From Gemmatales bacterium (GTDB lineage Bacteria > Planctomycetota > Planctomycetia > Gemmatales > HRBIN36), in NCBI GenBank assembly GCA_041640595.1, contig JBEPZY010000004.1, positions 258,373 to 322,372 of the forward strand: a stretch of 64,000 nucleotides of DNA. Reading direction: 5' to 3'. Shown here in pieces: positions 10,092 through 18,888 of this stretch. The position numbers and the translations under genes are program-made. How positions within the stretch are numbered: position 1 is the first letter of the stretch; each line of letters starts with the position of its first letter. Below the pieces are notes generated by a model. It was not told where the DNA came from, did no database searches, and saw only the letters and a list, made by a program, of their open reading frames with translations.

Positions 10092-11084
10092 TCACGGATA
10101 ATTCGTTCGCACCCTGGCCTGCAACTCCCGCCCACCCGGTTTACCAGAACCGCCAATCGGTGGCCGAACAACCACGTACACCAGTTCACATGCCGTCTGT
10201 CGTTGATACGCCTCAGCGGTTGCCGTTTCAATCCGGGTGCCGCGAATATCCAGCCGCGACAACCGCGGCAACGTCAATAGCGCTGGCAGGGACTGCGCGG
10301 TGATGGCAGTGCGAGCCAGGCCCAGTTCTTCCAGAGCCGGCAACGCCGCGATCTGGTCGGCGGCCTGATCGGTAATCCGCGTGCCATGCAAGCGAAGACG
10401 CTTCAGGCGTGGCAATTGCCGTAAAGCCGCCAGCCCGGCGTCGCTGATGGCCGTTTCGCTCAGGTCGAGTTCTTCCAGAGTGGCGAATTTGGTCAGTGCC
10501 TCCACGCCCGCGTCTGCAACGGCGGTTTGTCGCAATCCCAGCTCACGCAGGCGTTCCAGTTTCGGCAGGCTCTGCAACCCGGAATCGCTAACCCGCGTGC
10601 CATTCAGACACAGCACTTCCAGAGCCGGCCAAACGTGCAATGCCGGCAGGGCTCGGTCGGTAATGTCCGTATAAGCCAGCACCAGCTCCCGCAACTGGCG
10701 GTACTTGCGAAGGTGTGATAGTCCGGCATCGGTAATGGCATTGCCGGTGAGCACCAGTCGCCGCAGATTCGGCAGCTCGGGAAGCTGTGCCAGTTCCGCA
10801 TCGGTAATTCCTGTTCGTAACAGCACCAGGGTGTGCACGGCCGGCAATTGCCGCAAATCTTCCGGCCAGGTCGGCGACCAGGGCAGGTCGCTGAGATCAA
10901 CCCGCATTCCCGAGCCGATTTCCTCGTCGCAGCTAATCTTCGCTCCCGCCAACTCCAGCCGACGAACTGCACGGTCTGCTTCAGAAACTGGCTGACCGCA
11001 TCCGCTCAGCAACCACACCAGCAGGACCAGGATGGCTGCTATCTGCCGCAATGAAAATCGAAAATCTCTCGTCCGACAACCCAT
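10092..11084 (-). CDS. Leucine-rich repeat lipoprotein
   Basis: Lipobox LLSG-C; about nine 24-aa LxxLxLxxTxITDxGL repeats; start set at MGCRTR. Confidence 0.85.
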   Translation of the reverse strand: MGCRTRDFRFSLRQIAAILVLLVWLLSGCGQPVSEADRAVRRLELAGAKISCDEEIGSGMRVDLSDLPWSPTWPEDLRQLPAVHTLVLLRTGITDAELAQLPELPNLRRLVLTGNAITDAGLSHLRKYRQLRELVLAYTDITDRALPALHVWPALEVLCLNGTRVSDSGLQSLPKLERLRELGLRQTAVADAGVEALTKFATLEELDLSETAISDAGLAALRQLPRLKRLRLHGTRITDQAADQIAALPALEELGLARTAITAQSLPALLTLPRLSRLDIRGTRIETATAEAYQRQTACELVYVVVRPPIGGSGKPGGRELQARVRTNYP

Positions 11085-11140
11085 CCGCGAACCCGCTGGT
11101 TTCGGTGGGTGCAAAACGCGTTGCTGCGGTCGAGCCGATT

Positions 11141-11599
11141 TCACGCGCCAACCGGTTGCGGCGACCGCTGCCGTTTTCGCTGCCGCTGGAGCAAAGGCAA
11201 CTCGGCAGCTGCGCGTTGCGCTGGCCGGGTCGGATCGGGCATCCCTTCCGGCCAGATGTGGAAACCACCCCGTTGCGGTGGGGATTCGCCCGCGATCTCC
11301 CAGGTGCCCCAGATACCCTTGCCTTCGTTGAAGCCGCGATAATACACAGCATGCCGACCCACGTATTGTTTGATCCATTCGCAGCGTCCGCTGGCCAGGT
11401 CATAAGTTCCGTGCAAGCGAAAATCGCCGACGCAATCGCGACCTTCCCCTGTAAGCCGACCCTGGCGAAACGTCAAGATCAACTCCATTTCGTGTCGGCC
11501 CGGTGGCAATGCCGGCTGCAGAAAGAAACCCACCCACTTCCCGCTTGGAAAGCGCGGGTCGGTCTCCAGTTCCTGGCTCTGCGGCGCGTCTGCATTCAT
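11141..11599 (-). CDS. Hypothetical protein
   Basis: Globular Gly/Trp-rich ORF (FPSGKWVGFF...GIWGTW...GGFHIWP), co-oriented with the LRR gene. Confidence 0.7.
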   Translation of the reverse strand: MNADAPQSQELETDPRFPSGKWVGFFLQPALPPGRHEMELILTFRQGRLTGEGRDCVGDFRLHGTYDLASGRCEWIKQYVGRHAVYYRGFNEGKGIWGTWEIAGESPPQRGGFHIWPEGMPDPTRPAQRAAAELPLLQRQRKRQRSPQPVGA

Positions 11600-11703
11600 G
11601 CTCGCTGCTCCCAATCGGCAACCCTGTAACGGCAACCTCGCTAAGTCATTCTAGCCAGCCGCTAGTGCATTATAATGCTCTGGCCAGCTACGGAGCATTG
11701 AGC

Positions 11704-12321
11704 ATGAGCGACGAAGCTACCATCCCGCCACGGCAGGAAGGACACGAATGGATACGCTGGATTCAGGCGCAATACGGTGGTCCAGCTTTTATACGTCGCG
11801 GGAAACGCCTGCTGGATGCCCTTCACGAACTGGAACAATCCCTGGCTCGCTTACGTCAGCCAGGCCACGATGAAGATTGGCTGGCGATGGTACGTGTGCG
11901 TCTGGGTCAGCTATACGCACTGGCCGGCGGTTGGAAAAACTTAGAACCCCTCCTTGATTCGGCCAACCTCCATATAATCCAGCAACTTTACGCAGACCTT
12001 CAGCCACAACTCCGTTTGCCCCCTTCTCCGGATCCGCGGCCCGCCGTGCTCCGCTCTGCCCTGCGGGAGCTGCAGGAGGCCATCACCTATTTTAACCGTC
12101 GCTGGCTCCGCCATTTGCAAAATTTAGACCTAAGCCCCTATGAGCGCCTTATAGCCGACTATAACCGCTACTATGTCTTAGAAAAAGAATGCTTCCTGCA
12201 ATCGCCGCGCTTGGCGCGCCTGGGATTTAAGCCCTTACCGCCTCTTAGCTGGCAATCGCTCCTGGAGCGGTTTCCGCTTCTGCCGGTGCCTCAGTTGCGC
12301 GAACAAAAGCCAGACTACTAA
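11704..12321 (+). CDS. Hypothetical protein upstream of miaA
   Basis: Helical ORF with YGGPAFIRRG and YNRYYVLEKEC; ends 17 nt before miaA. Confidence 0.7.
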   Translation: MSDEATIPPRQEGHEWIRWIQAQYGGPAFIRRGKRLLDALHELEQSLARLRQPGHDEDWLAMVRVRLGQLYALAGGWKNLEPLLDSANLHIIQQLYADLQPQLRLPPSPDPRPAVLRSALRELQEAITYFNRRWLRHLQNLDLSPYERLIADYNRYYVLEKECFLQSPRLARLGFKPLPPLSWQSLLERFPLLPVPQLREQKPDY

Positions 12322-12338
12322 GCGTCGAGCTGTCTGCC

Positions 12339-13331
12339 ATGACTCCGGAACCATTCGTAGATTGTTTCATTCTGACCGGCCCCACAGCCACCGGAAAAAG
12401 CGAAGTCGCCCTGGTTTTAGCGCAGTATTTGCATGCCGAGATCATTTCTATGGACTCCATGGCGTTGTATAGAGGTATGGACATCGGTACAGCTAAACCA
12501 TCGCTGGCAGCGCGACAGCAGGTGCCTCATCACTTGATAGATGTATTAGAACCGTGGGAATCCGCGAGCGTGGCCTGGTGGTTACGTCAGGCGGCTCAAT
12601 GTGTGCGGGAAATTCGCAGTCGCGGTAAGGAGGTTTTATTTGTCGGCGGTACGCCTCTTTATCTCAAGGCCTTACTGTGTGGCATCTTCGAAGGGCCGGG
12701 AGCCGATCCGCAACTGCGCCAGCAACTGGAGCAATATAGTGGCAAGGAATTGCATGCACAACTGCTCAGCGTTGACCCGGCTGCCGCGGCACGCATTCAT
12801 CCTTCCGATAAACGGCGTTTAGTGCGCGCATTGGAAGTGTGGCACCTGACCGGTCGGCCACTTAGCTCCTGGCAACATCAGTTCGATACTCCCTGGCCCA
12901 GGCGTTATCCGCCCGTGTGGCTGGATTTACCCCGGCCGATCTTATATCGCCGGATTGAAGCGCGGGTGGATAAGATGATCGAGGCGGGTTTAGAAGAGGA
13001 GCTTCGCCGACTGTTGCAAAGACGGGATCACGGTGAACCATTAAGTCGTCAAGCACGCCAGGCTCTCGGTTACAAAGAACTTCTCGACTATATAGAGGGA
13101 CGTTGTAGCCGCGACCAGGCCATTGAGCGAATCAAGGTACGGAGCCGACATTATGCGAAACATCAACTCACATGGTTTCGGCATCTTCCGGGCTTAGTGC
13201 GGCTGCCTATCGAAGAGCACGAAGCTCCCGAACACATTGCCCAACGCGTCTATCACGTCTGGTTTCCGCCAGAGCAAGCTGAAGGAAAAACTGATTCGCC
13301 AACCGGCAGCCATACCCCTGACGACACATAG
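12339..13331 (+). CDS. miaA: tRNA dimethylallyltransferase
   Basis: GPTATGKS, DSMALYRGMDIGTAKPS, VGGTPLY, ALGYKE, YAKHQLTWFR. Confidence 0.97.
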   Translation: MTPEPFVDCFILTGPTATGKSEVALVLAQYLHAEIISMDSMALYRGMDIGTAKPSLAARQQVPHHLIDVLEPWESASVAWWLRQAAQCVREIRSRGKEVLFVGGTPLYLKALLCGIFEGPGADPQLRQQLEQYSGKELHAQLLSVDPAAAARIHPSDKRRLVRALEVWHLTGRPLSSWQHQFDTPWPRRYPPVWLDLPRPILYRRIEARVDKMIEAGLEEELRRLLQRRDHGEPLSRQARQALGYKELLDYIEGRCSRDQAIERIKVRSRHYAKHQLTWFRHLPGLVRLPIEEHEAPEHIAQRVYHVWFPPEQAEGKTDSPTGSHTPDDT

Positions 13332-13386
13332 ATTTCCGACCGAAACGATCAACAATCCCTTACGCCACTTGGTAAGGAAACTGCTC

Positions 13387-15240
13387 ATGCTTCGCGGAAA
13401 ATTTCTCCGGAGCTTAGGTCCCAACGTGTTAGAGGATGGACAAATCTGCTGGCGGGTGTGGGCACCTTTAGCCGAACGAGTAGAATTGATTCTGTTTCCT
13501 GAGCCCGGCAAGACTGCTTGCCTGACCATGACGCCGGAAGACCTCGGTTATTATTCCCTCGTTTTACCGCATGTCGAGGACGGTTTATGTTACGCTTACC
13601 GTCTCAATGGCGCTGAGCTTTACCCCGACCCGGCGTCGCTATGGCAACCGCAGGGAGTGCATCAACCGTCCGCGGTGGTTAGAACCGATCGGTTTTCCTG
13701 GTCGGATCATCGCTGGAAGGGAATACAGTTGCAGGACTTGATCATTTACGAATTGCATGTGGGGACCTTCACCGAGGCTGGAACGTTTACAGCAATCGTT
13801 GATCGTTTGCCCGATCTAATAGATTTAGGCATCACGGCTATCGAACTCATGCCCGTGGCACAATTTCCTGGCGAACGAAATTGGGGATATGATGGTGTGC
13901 ACCTATACGCGGTACAAAATAGCTACGGCGGACCGCATGCGCTGGCAGGGTTAGTAGATGCCTGCCACAGGCATGGCGTGGCGGTCATTCTGGATGTGGT
14001 ATATAATCATTTAGGGCCGGAAGGGAATTACTTAGACCATTTCGGCCCCTATTTCAGCGATCGGTATCGCACGCCGTGGGGCCCGGCTCTGAATTACGAT
14101 GGTGCCGGTTCCGATGAGGTACGCCGATACGTTTGCGACAATGTACGCCTATGGCTGGAGGAGTATCATATAGATGGCCTGCGCTTAGATGCCATTCACG
14201 CTATCTATGATATGTTGCCTCGGCATATTCTGCACGATATTCGCCAGGCCGCCGATGAGATAGCAGCTAGGCGTGGCTGGCCTGCTTTGTTAATCGCCGA
14301 AAGTAACCTCAACGATGTCCGTTTTGTCAAGCCCAGGGAGCAGTGTGGCTACGAACTGGATGCGCTGTGGAACGATGATTATCACCATGCCTTACATGCA
14401 TACTATACGGGCGAACGCAACAGCTACTATATAGATTTCGGCGAAGCACAGCAGATTGCTAAGGCCTGGGAACACACTTATGCATTGGACGGGGTCTATT
14501 CTAAGTATCGGCAACGGCGGCAGGGAGCGCCGGCGCGAGGAGTCAGTGGTGAGCATTTCGTGGTCTATTTGCAAAACCATGACTTAGTGGCTAATCGTAT
14601 CGGTTACCATCGCTTAGTAACCCGTTTAGAGCCGGCAACGTATCGGCAAGCGGTATGCCTGGTGCTGGCCGCGCCCTATATTCCGCTCCTGTTCATGGGC
14701 GAGGAGTATGGTGAAGATAGGCCGTTTTATTTTTTCACGTCGTTTCTCGATGCGGACCTGGCAAGAAAGGTTCAAGAGGGGCGTCGGGCTGAGTTACTGC
14801 GCATGGGCTGGGCTGGTCCGATTGCGGATCCCCAGGCGGTGGAAACGTTTTTGGCGTGTAAACTCAGCTGGGACTGGCCGGCGGGTTCCTTGCGGGCAGC
14901 CTTACGGCGAATGTATCGCGATCTGCTGAGCTACCGGAAAAGCTGGCCGGCGTGGCGGGACTTTGTAAATCGTCGGGCCATTCTCCATACACCGCAGGAG
15001 CCGAAGCTCCTGGAGTTGTGGCGTGGGGATGTTGAGGGCGGAACCGGGACGCGCTTGCTCTGTAACCTGACCGCGGAACCGCAGGCGCTGCCTGCTTGCA
15101 GGCCTAGTGAGGCACTGCTCTTCAGCAGCGAATGGGCCAGGTACGGTGGTGTGCGAAAGCCGGAAAGTGCTGGCGACGTGCTGTATCCCTGGGAGTGCGT
15201 AGTCTATGGCCCATCGGCGTGGTTAGCACACGGCGAATAA
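13387..15240 (+). CDS. treZ: Malto-oligosyltrehalose trehalohydrolase (GH13)
   Basis: YELHVGTFT, RNWGYDGV, DVVYNHLGPEGNY, GLRLDAIHAI, QNHD, LLFMGEEYGE; start at MLRGK. Confidence 0.93.
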   Translation: MLRGKFLRSLGPNVLEDGQICWRVWAPLAERVELILFPEPGKTACLTMTPEDLGYYSLVLPHVEDGLCYAYRLNGAELYPDPASLWQPQGVHQPSAVVRTDRFSWSDHRWKGIQLQDLIIYELHVGTFTEAGTFTAIVDRLPDLIDLGITAIELMPVAQFPGERNWGYDGVHLYAVQNSYGGPHALAGLVDACHRHGVAVILDVVYNHLGPEGNYLDHFGPYFSDRYRTPWGPALNYDGAGSDEVRRYVCDNVRLWLEEYHIDGLRLDAIHAIYDMLPRHILHDIRQAADEIAARRGWPALLIAESNLNDVRFVKPREQCGYELDALWNDDYHHALHAYYTGERNSYYIDFGEAQQIAKAWEHTYALDGVYSKYRQRRQGAPARGVSGEHFVVYLQNHDLVANRIGYHRLVTRLEPATYRQAVCLVLAAPYIPLLFMGEEYGEDRPFYFFTSFLDADLARKVQEGRRAELLRMGWAGPIADPQAVETFLACKLSWDWPAGSLRAALRRMYRDLLSYRKSWPAWRDFVNRRAILHTPQEPKLLELWRGDVEGGTGTRLLCNLTAEPQALPACRPSEALLFSSEWARYGGVRKPESAGDVLYPWECVVYGPSAWLAHGE

Positions 15241-15308
15241 AGTGATTCGTTGCCGCCATGCTGGGAGAATTCTAAAATCGGCCAAAATTACAAGCGGAGT
15301 CAGCGGGC

Positions 15309-16220
15309 ATGAAGGAACCGTGGCAGGTCTATATGCAGATGGGCGTGGTGCACGGGATGTTGTTCCCGGAATGTCTGGCCGGCACCGGGCCGATCCGCGA
15401 GACGCTGCAGGTGATTGTCGAGGATACGTTTTTTGAGGCCGTGGATGTGGGCGCGATCGAGGATGCTCAGCAGCGCTGCGAATGTGCTGCTTTATTGCGG
15501 GACAGTCAACTCAACGTCTCGTTTGCCTGTCAGCCGGCGCAGTTGCGTTTGCAGTTGGACCTGAACGCAGCTGATGCCGAGCAGCGTGAACATGCTTTTC
15601 GCACACTGGTAGCCCTGTTTCCGCAAGCGAAGGAACTGGGAGCACAGCGGATATTCGTCATGAGCGGCAAAAATGTGCCGGCGTCGGAACGGCGAGCGGC
15701 GCTGGAGCGGCTGGTGACGATGTTACGGCGACTGTGCCGCGAGGCCCGAGAACAGGTCGGTCTGCCGTTAGCGCTGGAAATCTTCGACCACGACGTGGAT
15801 AAGAAGGCCCTGGTTGGTACGTGCGAGACAGCGGCATGGGTAGCCCGCGAGGTTCGCCGCGATTTTCCTGATTTCGGTCTGCTGCATGATCTGAGCCACA
15901 TTTACCTGTGCCACGAACAACCGGAGCGGCATTTTCCGCTGATCCGCGAGTATCTGGTGGCGATGCACCTGGGCAACAGTGTATCCCGCGCCGGGCATCC
16001 GCTGTACGGCGACACGCATCCGCCATTCGGAATCCCAGGCGGGGATGTGGACGTTCCCCAGGTGCGGAACTGTTTGAAGGCGTTATTTGACATCGGGTTT
16101 CTGCGTGCGGGCCGTCGGCCGGTAGTTGCGTTTGAAGTGCGAACGCCTCCAGGCATGAACCCCCGGACGGTCATTGCCAACATGAAACGCACCCTGGCGC
16201 AGGCGTGGTGGGACTGGTGA
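15309..16220 (+). CDS. Sugar phosphate isomerase/epimerase family TIM-barrel protein
   Basis: LALEIFD, DLSH, HLGN, YGDTHPPFG, VAFEV metal-binding pattern. Confidence 0.75.
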   Translation: MKEPWQVYMQMGVVHGMLFPECLAGTGPIRETLQVIVEDTFFEAVDVGAIEDAQQRCECAALLRDSQLNVSFACQPAQLRLQLDLNAADAEQREHAFRTLVALFPQAKELGAQRIFVMSGKNVPASERRAALERLVTMLRRLCREAREQVGLPLALEIFDHDVDKKALVGTCETAAWVAREVRRDFPDFGLLHDLSHIYLCHEQPERHFPLIREYLVAMHLGNSVSRAGHPLYGDTHPPFGIPGGDVDVPQVRNCLKALFDIGFLRAGRRPVVAFEVRTPPGMNPRTVIANMKRTLAQAWWDW

Positions 16221-16230
16221 GGAACAAACA

Positions 16231-16995
16231 GTGGCTCGCAAAACGCAGGCAACCAAAGGCTCAACCCGCGCGAAGAAACAAGCTGGCACCGTCAGCGGTC
16301 GCCGACTCAGTCTGGCACAACGCCGCGAACTGGCCAACAAAGTTGTGGAGACACTCCGCCGGCTCTATCCGGACGCCAGATGCAGTCTCGACTATCGCAC
16401 GCCGTTGCAGCTATTGATTGCGACAATCTTATCGGCCCAGTGCACGGATGAGCGGGTCAACAAAGTTACGCCGGCACTGTTCGCACGCTATCGCAGTGCC
16501 GCCGATTTTGCCAGCGCAGACCCTCGAGAACTGGAAAATTACATCCGCTCCACCGGATTTTACCGCGCCAAAGCGAAAAACATTATCGCCTGCTGTCGGG
16601 CGCTGGTCGAACGCCACGGTGGCGAATTGCCACGAAGCCTGGAGGAACTGACGAAGTTACCCGGAGTGGGCCGAAAGACCGCCAACGTCCTTCTGGGCAC
16701 TGCCTGGGGCATTCCCGCAGGAATTGTGGTGGATACGCATGTTCGGCGTTTGGCTCGCCGCATGGGTCTGACTCAGCACACCGATCCCGACAAAATCGAA
16801 CGCGATCTGATGGAATTGATCCCGCAGGAGGAATGGATAGCGTTTGGCCATCGCATGATCTACCACGGTCGGCAAGTGTGTCTGGCACGCAATCCCCGAT
16901 GCGACCAGTGCGCCCTCAACTCGTTTTGCCCGAAAATCGGTGTGCAGACACGAAAAAGTCAGGCCACCCGAAAACGCCGTCAGGATGCCGATTAG
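16231..16995 (+). CDS. nth: Endonuclease III
   Basis: LSAQCTDERVN, HhH LPGVGRKTANV, VDTHV, FeS motif CLARNPRCDQCALNSFC. Confidence 0.97.
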   Translation: MARKTQATKGSTRAKKQAGTVSGRRLSLAQRRELANKVVETLRRLYPDARCSLDYRTPLQLLIATILSAQCTDERVNKVTPALFARYRSAADFASADPRELENYIRSTGFYRAKAKNIIACCRALVERHGGELPRSLEELTKLPGVGRKTANVLLGTAWGIPAGIVVDTHVRRLARRMGLTQHTDPDKIERDLMELIPQEEWIAFGHRMIYHGRQVCLARNPRCDQCALNSFCPKIGVQTRKSQATRKRRQDAD

Positions 16996-17876
16996 TAATC
17001 CTTGCGAGGCAGGGCGAGTAAAGCGTCGCGGAATTCCTGAGCGGTCTGGAAACGTTTATCCCGATCACGTTCGACAGCTTTGAGCAGGAACGCCACCATA
17101 GCTGGATCGAGATCGGGCCGAACATCCAGCGGATGTTTAGGCGGATCGTTGAGGTGGCTGAGCATGGTTTGCAAACTTTGCGTGCCTTCCCAGGGGAGTT
17201 TGCCGGTAATGGTTTCGTAGGCGGTAACGCCGAGAGCAAACAGGTCCACGCGGTGGTCGGTAGCTTGACGTTTGATCAATTCGGGAGCCATGTAGTTGGC
17301 GGTACCAGTGCGGTTGCCTGGACGAAGGAATTCCGGCCGATTGGGTATGGCCAGACCGAAATCAATCAGTTTGACCACGCCCTCATGCGACACCAGGATA
17401 TTGCGTGGGCAGATGTCGCGGTGCAGGTAGCCCTGACTGTGAACGTAAGCCAGGCCTTCGGCTGCCTGGATGAGGATACCGATTCGCTTGCCCCGCAGAG
17501 CCGGGCTATTGGTTTCGATGAGGTAATTCAGTCCAGCCCCTTCGATCAACTCCATCACCAAGAACGGTTCGCCCTCGGTGGTCATGCCGTACTCGTAAGT
17601 GGTAACGATGTTGCGATGGCGGAGGCTCAAACAAATGGCTCCTTCGCTGGGTTTGTGCAGCCCTACGAAGCGTTGCTCGAAGCGTTTGGTTTTTTCCTTG
17701 TCGAGGATTTTGAGGCAGACGGTTCGGCCGAGCTTGCGGTCGTAGGCCCGGAAAACGCGCGACATACTCCCCTGGCCCAACCGCCCCTGCAAAACGAAGC
17801 GGTCTTGAATCCGCACCGGTTTCTGCTTGTTTTTCGAGGAGCTGAAAAGTCCGAGAATCTTGTCGAGGATGCTCAC
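16992..17876 (-). CDS. Stand-alone Hanks-type protein kinase with atypical catalytic loop HRDICPRN
   Basis: GQGSMSRV, CLK, DFG, GTANYMAPE, DLFALG. Confidence 0.92.
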   Translation of the reverse strand: MSILDKILGLFSSSKNKQKPVRIQDRFVLQGRLGQGSMSRVFRAYDRKLGRTVCLKILDKEKTKRFEQRFVGLHKPSEGAICLSLRHRNIVTTYEYGMTTEGEPFLVMELIEGAGLNYLIETNSPALRGKRIGILIQAAEGLAYVHSQGYLHRDICPRNILVSHEGVVKLIDFGLAIPNRPEFLRPGNRTGTANYMAPELIKRQATDHRVDLFALGVTAYETITGKLPWEGTQSLQTMLSHLNDPPKHPLDVRPDLDPAMVAFLLKAVERDRDKRFQTAQEFRDALLALPRKDY

Positions 17877-18009
17877 GGTTGGACAGCGGGGCTGATTCCG
17901 CCGCTCCTGTTCCTCTGGAGCCCCGGCAGGCTAACGCCCGCCGCTTTTGCGATCGCTGGCGACCCAACGCCCAGTCTTCGTGAGTCCCACACCGGGCCGA
18001 TGGCCGCCA

Positions 18010-18834
18010 TCATTTGCCACAATAGTCAATCAGACGGGCCAGTTCGGTACGCAAATCCTTGCGGTGGACGATGCGGTCAATAAAGCCGTGCTGCAGGAGA
18101 AATTCGCTGGTCTGGAATCCTTCGGGCAGTTCGAGGCGAACAGTGGCCCAGATGGTGCGTTGCCCGGCAAAGCCGATCAGCGCTTTCGGTTCGGCCAGGA
18201 TAATGTCGCCGAGCGTGGCAAAACTGGCGGCAGCACCGCCCATCGTCGGATTGGTCAGCACCGAAATATACAGCCCGTTGGCCTGGTCATAGCGAGCCAG
18301 CGCCGCCGAAACCTTGGCCATTTGCATCAATGACAGAATTCCTTCCTGCATCCGCGCACCCCCGCCAGAGCCCGAAACAATAATCAACGGCAAGCGCAGA
18401 CGTGTTGCTTCTTCGATGGCGGCGGTGAGTTTCTCGCCGACTACCGAGCCCATGCTCCCGGCCATGAAGGCAAAATCGGTAACGCCGAACACCACGGGCC
18501 GACCGCGAATGTAGCCTTTACCGACCACGGCCGCCTCGGTCAGACCGGTTTTCTCCTGTTCCTTTTTCAACCGCTCTGGGTAGGGCATGCGGTCCACGAA
18601 GCCAATCGGATCGCAGGAATGCAGGTCGCTGAACCACTCTTCAAAACTATCCGGGTCGAGCAGTGAGCGAATACGGTCGCGGGCGGAAAGATAGAAGTGC
18701 CAATCGCATTCCGGGCAAACATTGAGCCGTTCTTCGACCTCTTTGCGATAGAGCGTGGCTTTGCAGGACGGGCAGAGAATCCACAATCCCGCGGGAATAC
18801 CACGCTTGGGTTTCTGCCTGTTTTTCAGAACCAT
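18010..18834 (-). CDS. accD: Acetyl-CoA carboxylase carboxyltransferase beta subunit
   Basis: C4 zinc finger [48 protein letters not shown]. Confidence 0.97.
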   Translation of the reverse strand: MVLKNRQKPKRGIPAGLWILCPSCKATLYRKEVEERLNVCPECDWHFYLSARDRIRSLLDPDSFEEWFSDLHSCDPIGFVDRMPYPERLKKEQEKTGLTEAAVVGKGYIRGRPVVFGVTDFAFMAGSMGSVVGEKLTAAIEEATRLRLPLIIVSGSGGGARMQEGILSLMQMAKVSAALARYDQANGLYISVLTNPTMGGAAASFATLGDIILAEPKALIGFAGQRTIWATVRLELPEGFQTSEFLLQHGFIDRIVHRKDLRTELARLIDYCGK

Positions 18835-18888
18835 ACGCAAGCGCTCCTTCGGCTGACCGTGCCGATTCGGTCTGGGAAAAAGTAGGAT

